36,431 nt of DNA from positions 1 through 36,431 of the forward strand of contig JAZRKN010000018.1 in assembly GCA_045646345.1 (NCBI GenBank), given 5' to 3'. Position numbers and translations under genes: made by a program. How positions within the stretch are numbered: position 1 is the stretch's first letter; each line of letters opens with the position of its first letter. This DNA comes from Candidatus Scatovivens sp. (GTDB taxonomy: Bacteria > Bacillota > Clostridia > TANB77 > CAG-508). Shown here piece after piece: positions 1 through 6,892 of the stretch. The notes under the pieces were generated by a model that was not told the origin of the DNA, did no database searches, and was given only the letters and a program-made list of their open reading frames with translations.

Positions 1-2
1 GT

Positions 3-407
3 GGAGTTGGTCATATCGAAACAATAAGAAAGGTTGTAGAGGACGAACTAAATTTAAACATACCAATTGCTGGTCTTGCAAAAAACGACAAACACCGAAC
101 ACGCGATTTGATTTTCAACAATCAAGTCATTAGCATGAAGACCAACGATGTTTGTTTTAATTTTCTAACACAAATTCAAAACGAGGTTCACAGATTTGCG
201 ATAGAATTTCACAGAGACAAGAGAAGTAAGTCTCAAATCAAATCTGAGCTCGACGAAATACCAGGAATTGGCCAAAATACCAAAGAAAAACTCCTAAAGG
301 AGCTAAAAAGCGTAAAACGCATCCAGAATGCAGAAATTTCTGAACTAGAAAAAATTATCGGAACTCACAGAGCATCAATAATTTACGGGTATTTTCATAA
401 AGATTAA
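3..407 (+). CDS. uvrC: Excinuclease ABC subunit C, 3' part (5'-truncated by window edge)
   Basis: Frame is open from base 3: GVGHIETIRKVVEDELNLNIPIAGLAKNDKHRT...QIQNEVHRFAIEFHRDKRSK (RNase H-like endonuclease end), then HhH motif LDEIPGIG. The track start at 108 is internal. Confidence 0.95.
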   Translation, partial: GVGHIETIRKVVEDELNLNIPIAGLAKNDKHRTRDLIFNNQVISMKTNDVCFNFLTQIQNEVHRFAIEFHRDKRSKSQIKSELDEIPGIGQNTKEKLLKELKSVKRIQNAEISELEKIIGTHRASIIYGYFHKD

Positions 408-479
408 ACCCTCTGAGAATTTAATTTTTAAAATAAACCGACCAGTTATTCAGAAAAAATTGGTTAAAATTGACATAAA

Positions 480-926
480 ATGAGAGTATTAATACAAAGA
501 GTAAAACAGGCGAGCGTTAAAGTAGAGGAAAAAATTACAGGCGAGATAAAACAAGGTTTTCTACTTTTAGTTGGTTTTGAAAATGCAGACACCGACGAAG
601 ACCTAACATGGACTGCCAACAAAATTTCAGCACTTAGAATTTTCGACGACGAAAACGGAGTGATGAACAAATCTATTTTGGAAGTAGACGGAGAAATTCT
701 TTGCGTTAGTCAGTTCACCCTTTTTGCCATGACAAAAAAAGGAAACAGACCTTCTTACTTCAAAGCTGCAAAAGGTGAGATCTCCGAACCATTATACAAT
801 CAATTTTGCGAAAAATTAAAATCAATATTAAACAAAGAAATTCAAAAAGGAATTTTTGGTGCAGATATGAAAGTTTCTTTAGTAAATGATGGTCCAGTTA
901 CAATAATTTTAGAAAAAGAATGTTAA
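480..926 (+). CDS. dtd: D-aminoacyl-tRNA deacylase
   Basis: MRVLIQRV N-terminus, LRIFDDENG, SQFTL, GADMKVSLVNDGPVT signature motifs. Confidence 0.97.
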   Translation: MRVLIQRVKQASVKVEEKITGEIKQGFLLLVGFENADTDEDLTWTANKISALRIFDDENGVMNKSILEVDGEILCVSQFTLFAMTKKGNRPSYFKAAKGEISEPLYNQFCEKLKSILNKEIQKGIFGADMKVSLVNDGPVTIILEKEC

Positions 927-935
927 AATAATAAT

Positions 936-989
936 TAAAATAAAGCTTTATTTATAAAGAATTAATCTAAAATAAAGCTTTATTTTTTT
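936..989. repeat. 18-bp direct repeat (taaaataaagctttattt x2) with a palindromic core; probable dtd terminator or operator pair
   Basis: Copies at 936-953 and 968-985; core aaataaagctttattt is self-complementary; T-run follows the second copy. Confidence 0.7.
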
Positions 990-1018
990 GTGAGACAAAC
1001 TAGACATAAGTTGAATAT

Positions 1019-1047
1019 TTGATGTTTATGTAAAAAAGTGATATAAT
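1019..1047 (+). promoter_or_regulatory. Sigma-A-type promoter with extended -10
   Basis: TTGATG (1019-1024), 17-bp spacer, TGa-TATAAT (1042-1047). Confidence 0.65.
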
Positions 1048-1128
1048 AATAGTATGTTCCATTATTTCTCTTTTTGCACCAATGGAATGACATTACTATA
1101 AAATTAATTAATTTTGGAGGAATAAAAA

Positions 1129-1698
1129 ATGATGTTTGCTGGTAACCCTAATTACGAAGAGGCTGCTATTAAGATTTCTGATGAAATCAAGAACTACCCC
1201 CGTACCAGTGTTTATGTTGAACTCGGCTTCAACTATGGAGATGATCTGCTGGAAGGTGAAAATCTGAGCTGTATCGTATTCAGTTTTTATGGCGAAGAAG
1301 ATTCCATCGGATTCCGCATGGAAAATTACGGAAGAAAGATCAAGTCTGTTACCGAAGTTAAGGAAGGTCTGTATCTGGTATATGCAGATGGATCTAACCA
1401 CAACTATCCTTTCCTGGTGGCAGAACCTGTCTATAAGGAAGGTAAGAAAGCAGTAACCGTTCTGCCTGATTCTACCTGTTCCATCGGTTTTTCTAACAAG
1501 GCTCCCCTTGTTGGGAGGGACTATAATGTGATGGCACTCCAGTTCCATCCTAAGTACCCTCAGACCTATTTGATGGATCCGGTACATATCGAATCTGTTG
1601 AGAAGGTGTTCCGCGTGGCGTATAACCTGTTCTGGATCTTTGCTAAGGTGGATGATCAGAACTACAAGGAATTCTTCGTTAGCGTTCCCATCAAGTAA
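1129..1698 (+). CDS. Hypothetical protein with an apparent internal two-fold domain duplication; elevated GC
   Basis: GGAGG RBS upstream, own promoter and terminator; halves align (VELGF/CSIGF, KIKSVTEV/HIESVEKV, LYLVYA/LFWIFA, FLVAEP/FFVSVP). Confidence 0.85.
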   Translation: MMFAGNPNYEEAAIKISDEIKNYPRTSVYVELGFNYGDDLLEGENLSCIVFSFYGEEDSIGFRMENYGRKIKSVTEVKEGLYLVYADGSNHNYPFLVAEPVYKEGKKAVTVLPDSTCSIGFSNKAPLVGRDYNVMALQFHPKYPQTYLMDPVHIESVEKVFRVAYNLFWIFAKVDDQNYKEFFVSVPIK

Positions 1699-1704
1699 AC
1701 ATGT

Positions 1705-1733
1705 GGCCCCGCTGGTTTTCCAGCGGGGCTTTT
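1705..1733 (+). terminator. Intrinsic terminator
   Basis: gccccgctgg-tttt-ccagcggggc followed by a T-run. Confidence 0.9.
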
Positions 1734-1761
1734 ATATTTTATAATTAACTTAGAATTGTTT

Positions 1762-2040
1762 TTAAGGATATCTTTCGTAAAGATATTTTATAAGGTGTTC
1801 TACATTGTGATCTGTAACACAAATATATACATCAGGATCAATGCTAATCCATAAATTTATTTGAAATTTATCATTATTATCCACAAAACAACTTATAATA
1901 TCAATCATATCAATAGGATTTTCAAATTCTTTTTGGTAAATAAGTTCATTATTAAGTTCTTCAGAATAATCGTAAAATAAATCTAAAAATTTTCTTATTT
2001 CACCATGTTTTTCACTATAAAAATTTATTGTTGGTTTCAT
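1762..2040 (-). CDS. Hypothetical protein (92 aa)
   Basis: ATG start with AGGA upstream on the minus strand; fills the gap between neighbours; protein-like composition. Confidence 0.75.
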   Translation of the reverse strand: MKPTINFYSEKHGEIRKFLDLFYDYSEELNNELIYQKEFENPIDMIDIISCFVDNNDKFQINLWISIDPDVYICVTDHNVEHLIKYLYERYP

Positions 2041-2147
2041 TTTTTTTCCTAAATTTAATATTTATAATTATTATTTCCTTATTATAAAAAAATATTCAAA
2101 GTGAATAACTTTATAAAAATAGGAAATAATATAATTGGAGGAAAAAT

Positions 2148-2846
2148 ATGGAAAGATTATATAAAATTTCGGTAATATTAATTGCTTTTATATTGATATT
2201 AATTTTAACTGGATGTGAGTTATTAAATAATGAAAATAAGGGGATTGAAGATAAAACAACTGAAGAAATAAGTTTTATAGAAAATAAAATATTAACATTT
2301 TTTAGCAAATATGTAAAAGGTGAATACAATCAAGAAAATGAAGAATTAAATTGGAATGAAATAGAAAATACGATAATAGATTTAAATAATATTTTAGATA
2401 CAATAATATTAGATTTTTCGGAAATCGAAATATCAAACGATAATATAATTGAATTTAGAAATGGTATAAATAGTTTAAGCATTGCTTGTACAAATAGAGA
2501 TATAAATTTAGTAATTGAAAATTTTAATTTATTATATTCATTACTTCCAAAATATATGGAAAAATATTCAGAAAATAAAAATGAGATAAATATCTTGAAA
2601 TTGAAATCTTTAGTTGTTTCGAGTTATTATTACTCAAATTTATATGATTGGGAAAATGCAAGATCTACGATAGAAAAAGCTGAAGAAAAATATAAAGAAA
2701 TGATGGATGATGTAGATTATATGAAAGAGTATTTTCACAATTTAAATAGAGTGTATGTTTTAATTGGAGAAATTAAAACTGCAATTAATTTAGAAGAGTT
2801 AGAATTAACAAAATTAAAATATATTAATTTTATAGAGAAAATATAA
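2148..2846 (+). CDS. Putative lipoprotein, helical, unknown function
   Basis: GGAGG RBS; signal peptide ending in lipobox LTGC. Confidence 0.8.
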   Translation: MERLYKISVILIAFILILILTGCELLNNENKGIEDKTTEEISFIENKILTFFSKYVKGEYNQENEELNWNEIENTIIDLNNILDTIILDFSEIEISNDNIIEFRNGINSLSIACTNRDINLVIENFNLLYSLLPKYMEKYSENKNEINILKLKSLVVSSYYYSNLYDWENARSTIEKAEEKYKEMMDDVDYMKEYFHNLNRVYVLIGEIKTAINLEELELTKLKYINFIEKI

Positions 2847-2849
2847 AGA

Positions 2850-2877
2850 AAACTCCTTTCAAAACCGAAAGGAGTTT
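2850..2877. terminator. Bidirectional intrinsic terminator between convergent genes
   Basis: aaactcctttc-aaaacc-gaaaggagttt. Confidence 0.85.
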
Positions 2878-2882
2878 AATAT

Positions 2883-3881
2883 TTATTGGTTATCAATTTC
2901 AATTAATTTTTTTACTATTTGAACAGCATTTGAAGCTGCACCTTTTCTAATATTATCAGAAACGCACCAAAAGTTAATTCCAGATTCTACACTAAAATCT
3001 CTTCTTATTCTACCAACAAAAGATTCATCATGCCCAGTAGCATTAGTTGCTAAAGGATAAATATTATTTTCTAAATCATCTTGAACTACAATGCCAGGAG
3101 TATTTGCTAATAAGTTTTTTAATTCATTTAAATCGAATTCGTTTTCGAATTCAACATTTATTGATTCGCTGTGGGAATTTATAACAGGAACTCTAACTGT
3201 AGTTGCAGTTATTTTTAAATTAGGTTTTTTTAGAATTTTTCTGGTTTCATTAATCATTTTTTCTTCTTCTTTTGTATAACCATTTTCCAAGAAAGAATCA
3301 ATATGAGGAATACAGTTATTAACAATTTGATGAGGGAATTTTCTTGGTTCTTCGCCTTGAAGACCACGTTCTAAATCACTAACTCCTTCATGACCAGCAC
3401 CAGAAACGGCTTGATATGTCGAATATACAATTCTTTTAATAGTATATCTATCATCTAAAGCTTTTAAAGGAATTACTGCTTGAATTGTAGAACAATTTGG
3501 ATTTGCAATAATACCATTATTATTTACAAGTTCTTCTGAGTTGACTTCTGGGACAACAAGAGGGACATTTGGATCCATTCTAAAAGCGCTACTGTTGTCA
3601 ACAACAATACAACCTTTTTCTTTGGCAATTGGAGCATATTTTCTTGAAACATCTCCGCCGGCAGTAAAAATTGCAAAATCAAAACCTTCATCAAAAGATG
3701 TTTCTTTTAGTTCTTTTACAAGACATCTTTTTCCACAAAAATAAAAATCTGTACCTGCTGATTTTCTACTTGCAAAAAATTCACAATCAGAGATTGGTAA
3801 ATTGTATTCTTCTAAAATTTCTATAACTTTTCTTCCTACAAGACCTGTTGCACCGACAACAGCAATTTTATATTCTTTCAT
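2883..3881 (-). CDS. asd: Aspartate-semialdehyde dehydrogenase
   Basis: VVGATGLVG Rossmann motif, VDNSSAFRM, ANPNCSTIQ (catalytic Cys), STYQAVSGAG, DNIRKGAASNAVQI. Confidence 0.98.
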   Translation of the reverse strand: MKEYKIAVVGATGLVGRKVIEILEEYNLPISDCEFFASRKSAGTDFYFCGKRCLVKELKETSFDEGFDFAIFTAGGDVSRKYAPIAKEKGCIVVDNSSAFRMDPNVPLVVPEVNSEELVNNNGIIANPNCSTIQAVIPLKALDDRYTIKRIVYSTYQAVSGAGHEGVSDLERGLQGEEPRKFPHQIVNNCIPHIDSFLENGYTKEEEKMINETRKILKKPNLKITATTVRVPVINSHSESINVEFENEFDLNELKNLLANTPGIVVQDDLENNIYPLATNATGHDESFVGRIRRDFSVESGINFWCVSDNIRKGAASNAVQIVKKLIEIDNQ

Positions 3882-3917
3882 TGTAACCTCCTTGAATTTT
3901 GGCTTTAATATTTTTTA

Positions 3918-4715
3918 TTAATAGTAATAATCATAAACAAAGTCTTCAAAATAATCTTTGAATTCTGTAAATGTTTCAAAAGATGTATAATATCCTTCTA
4001 AATACATTTCTCTAAGTTGTGCATCTGTATAATAATCGTTGATATCAAAATCTTCTTTTTCAGGTGGAGCAAATAGAGATGATGTTTCTGATTTTTTTTC
4101 TTCATTTTGAGAAGAAGTTGTTTGTTTTGTGTTTAAAATGGAACCAGAACGATTTCCTTTTAAAATTGCTTCAGTTTGCATATAAGTGATTATAAATAAA
4201 AATAAATATATTATAAACACAGCAATTAAAACTAATATTTTGTTTTGCATTTTTAAACCATTGAATTTGTTTGAAACATTGTTTGTGATATTATCATGAA
4301 ATTCATTAACTTTAGAACTAGCTGAAGAGTAATTAGAATTTGGTCTTTTTGAACGGTGATAATCTGTATATCTTTTTTCATACTCGTAAGCAGATGTTTT
4401 ATATGTTTTTTTATAGTTCTCATAAGAATATTTCGAAGAAGAATAATCATATTTAGGTGGTGTATAACTATAATTTGGCGGTGTGTAAGTGTATGTTTGA
4501 TTTCTTACATTAATTTCTGCATCGTATTTTTGTTTTTCTGCATAGTTGGATAAAACATCATATGCATTATTAATTTCTTTTATTTTCTTTTCTGCAAAAG
4601 TTTTATCGCCAGAATATATATCTGGATGGTATTTCTTTACTAAAGCTTTATATGCTTCTTTTATTTCTGATTGGCTGGCTGTCTTAGGCACGCCAAGTGT
4701 TTCATAATGGTTCAT
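3918..4715 (-). CDS. Membrane-anchored J-domain (DnaJ class C) protein
   Basis: N-terminal J domain with KYHPD, Tyr/Ser-rich linker, one TM segment (ILVLIAVFIIYLFLFIITY), acidic/aromatic C-terminus. Confidence 0.9.
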   Translation of the reverse strand: MNHYETLGVPKTASQSEIKEAYKALVKKYHPDIYSGDKTFAEKKIKEINNAYDVLSNYAEKQKYDAEINVRNQTYTYTPPNYSYTPPKYDYSSSKYSYENYKKTYKTSAYEYEKRYTDYHRSKRPNSNYSSASSKVNEFHDNITNNVSNKFNGLKMQNKILVLIAVFIIYLFLFIITYMQTEAILKGNRSGSILNTKQTTSSQNEEKKSETSSLFAPPEKEDFDINDYYTDAQLREMYLEGYYTSFETFTEFKDYFEDFVYDYYY

Positions 4716-4861
4716 TTGTATCCTCGATTCAAATATAATAAAATCTTTAATTTATTATATAATAAATTAGGAGTAAAAGACAAGGAATATTAATATTTTT
4801 AAAATGATAAATTAAGAAAAGTAAAATATTAAATAAATGTGATAGTATGTGGTTAAAAATC

Positions 4862-4890
4862 TTGAAAAAAGACTAAATTTGTTATAAAAT
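4862..4890 (+). promoter_or_regulatory. Putative sigma-A promoter of the miaB-ORF-mutS unit
   Basis: TTGAAA-N17-TAAAAT upstream of a GGAGG RBS. Confidence 0.5.
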
Positions 4891-4917
4891 GTTACAGGTA
4901 TTTGGAGGAATTAATAA

Positions 4918-6294
4918 ATGCAAGAAAATCAAGAAAAATTTATAGAATTAGTGAAAGAGAAAAATATAGGAAAAAATTTAAAATATTCTATTTTAACAAT
5001 GGGGTGTCAATTAAATGAAAATGATTCAGAAAAAATTGCAGGAATGTTAGAAGAAATGCAATATGAGTATATAGAAGATTTTAAAGAAGCAGATTTGATT
5101 GTTTTTAATACATGTTGTGTTAGAGAAAATGCAGAAGAAAGACTTTTTGGTAAAATTGGAGAAGTGAAAAAATTAAAAGAATCAAAAAATGTAATTTTAG
5201 CAATAGGTGGTTGTATGATGCAAGAGCCTGCAATGCTAGAAAAAATAAAGAAAAGTTATCCTTTTGTTAATGTTATATTTGGTACACACACAATGCAAAA
5301 TCTTCCAGAAAATGTTTATAAAGCGATAATCAAAAATGAAAAAGTAAAAGATGTTATTGATATAGATGGTGAAATTTATGAGGGATTACCAATAAAGAGA
5401 AATAGTGATTATAAAGCGTCAGTAACAATAATGTATGGATGTAACAATTTTTGCAGTTACTGTATAGTTCCTTATGTAAGAGGTAGAGAAAGAAGCCGTG
5501 AGCCAGAATTAATATTAGAAGAAGTTAATGGGTTGGCTATAGAAGGGTATAAAGAAATTACTCTTTTAGGACAAAATGTTAATTCTTATAAAGGTAATGA
5601 AAAAATAAGAAATTTTGCTGAACTTTTAAATGAAGTTTGTAAAATAGATGGAATAGAAAGAGTTAACTTTATATCTCCGCATCCAAAAGATTTTACAGAT
5701 GATGTTATTGATGTTATAGCAAAAAATGAAAAAGTAACAAGAATAGTTCACTTACCACTTCAAGCAGGAAATACAAAAGTATTAAAAGAAATGAACAGAA
5801 AGTATACTAAAGAACAATATTTGATATTAGCGAAAAAAATGCTTGAAAGAATTCCAGGATTAGTATTATCAACTGATATTATTGTTGGCTTTCCTGGAGA
5901 AACAGATGAAGAGTTTGAAGATACTTTAGAAGTTGTTCGTGAAATTAATTTTGAACAAATTTTTATGTTTATATATTCTATAAGAGAAGGAACTGTGGCT
6001 GCTGAAAGAAAAGATCAAGTTCCAGAGGAAATAAAACACGTAAGGTTCAATAAATTAAAAGAACTTTATGAATCTAGAGTTGATGAAAATAATGAAAAAT
6101 ATTTAAATACAATTCAAAAACTTTTAATTGAAGGCAAAAGTAAAAATAACGAAAATATGTTAGAAGGAAGAACATCTACTAATAAAGTTGTTATTTTTGA
6201 ACCTCACTCTGAAAAGAAGCCAGGAGATATTGTTTCTGTAAAAATTACAGAAACTCATAAATGGTATTTAAAAGGTGAAATTATAAATGATTAA
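4918..6294 (+). CDS. miaB: tRNA-2-methylthio-N6-dimethylallyladenosine synthase
   Basis: TMGCQLNENDSE, NTCCVRENAE, radical-SAM CNNFCSYC, VRGRERSR, C-terminal TRAM domain; near mutS as in Firmicutes. Confidence 0.96.
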   Translation: MQENQEKFIELVKEKNIGKNLKYSILTMGCQLNENDSEKIAGMLEEMQYEYIEDFKEADLIVFNTCCVRENAEERLFGKIGEVKKLKESKNVILAIGGCMMQEPAMLEKIKKSYPFVNVIFGTHTMQNLPENVYKAIIKNEKVKDVIDIDGEIYEGLPIKRNSDYKASVTIMYGCNNFCSYCIVPYVRGRERSREPELILEEVNGLAIEGYKEITLLGQNVNSYKGNEKIRNFAELLNEVCKIDGIERVNFISPHPKDFTDDVIDVIAKNEKVTRIVHLPLQAGNTKVLKEMNRKYTKEQYLILAKKMLERIPGLVLSTDIIVGFPGETDEEFEDTLEVVREINFEQIFMFIYSIREGTVAAERKDQVPEEIKHVRFNKLKELYESRVDENNEKYLNTIQKLLIEGKSKNNENMLEGRTSTNKVVIFEPHSEKKPGDIVSVKITETHKWYLKGEIIND

Positions 6295-6317
6295 TTTTTA
6301 AAAGGAAAAATGTAATA

Positions 6318-6872
6318 ATGGGAAAAGAAGAATTAAAAAAATATTTTGAAGAATTAAATTATTCTGAATATCTTCAACAAGAAATATTAGAATGTGTTGA
6401 AACAGAAAAGGATATAGAATCATTATATGAGAAAATAAAATTTTTAAATAAAACTGGGGTTCCTGCAGAAGGAATTGAAATGATATTAAATGAAAATCCA
6501 CTTTTTATAACAACAACATTAGAAACGGTTAAAAATAATGTGAATTTTTTGAAAAACATAAATTTAGAAAATATTCCAAGAACACTTGAAATAAATCCAG
6601 AATTACTTAGTACTTCTGATAAAACAATGAGTGAAAATTACAAGTTATTAAAAATATTAATGTCAGAAAAAGATTTGGCTAATATGCTAAAAGTAGATTG
6701 TGAAATTTTAACATTTAATACAGATTATTTTGAAAAAAGATTAGAATTTTTTATAAAAAATGATTTGAAAGATTGTATAAAAGAAATTATTTTAAATGAC
6801 ATTGAAGCTTTTGAAGATGAAGAAGATGAAATAGATTTAAATGAAATAAAAGCAAAATATAAAAAGATGTAA
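6318..6872 (+). CDS. Hypothetical helical-repeat protein with mTERF-like ~34-aa repeats
   Basis: AAAGGA RBS; periodic FL..G/NP.LL pattern (FL42, FL77, LL110, FF144; P61, P94). The CDS is secure, the family call is tentative. Confidence 0.7.
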   Translation: MGKEELKKYFEELNYSEYLQQEILECVETEKDIESLYEKIKFLNKTGVPAEGIEMILNENPLFITTTLETVKNNVNFLKNINLENIPRTLEINPELLSTSDKTMSENYKLLKILMSEKDLANMLKVDCEILTFNTDYFEKRLEFFIKNDLKDCIKEIILNDIEAFEDEEDEIDLNEIKAKYKKM

Positions 6873-6892
6873 AAGAAAAGGAAGTAGAAAAA

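Noticed and set aside
1108-1587. 159-aa minus-strand ORF
   Set aside because: Overlaps the + ORF that has the promoter, RBS, terminator and internal repeat; higher GC makes antisense ORFs likelier
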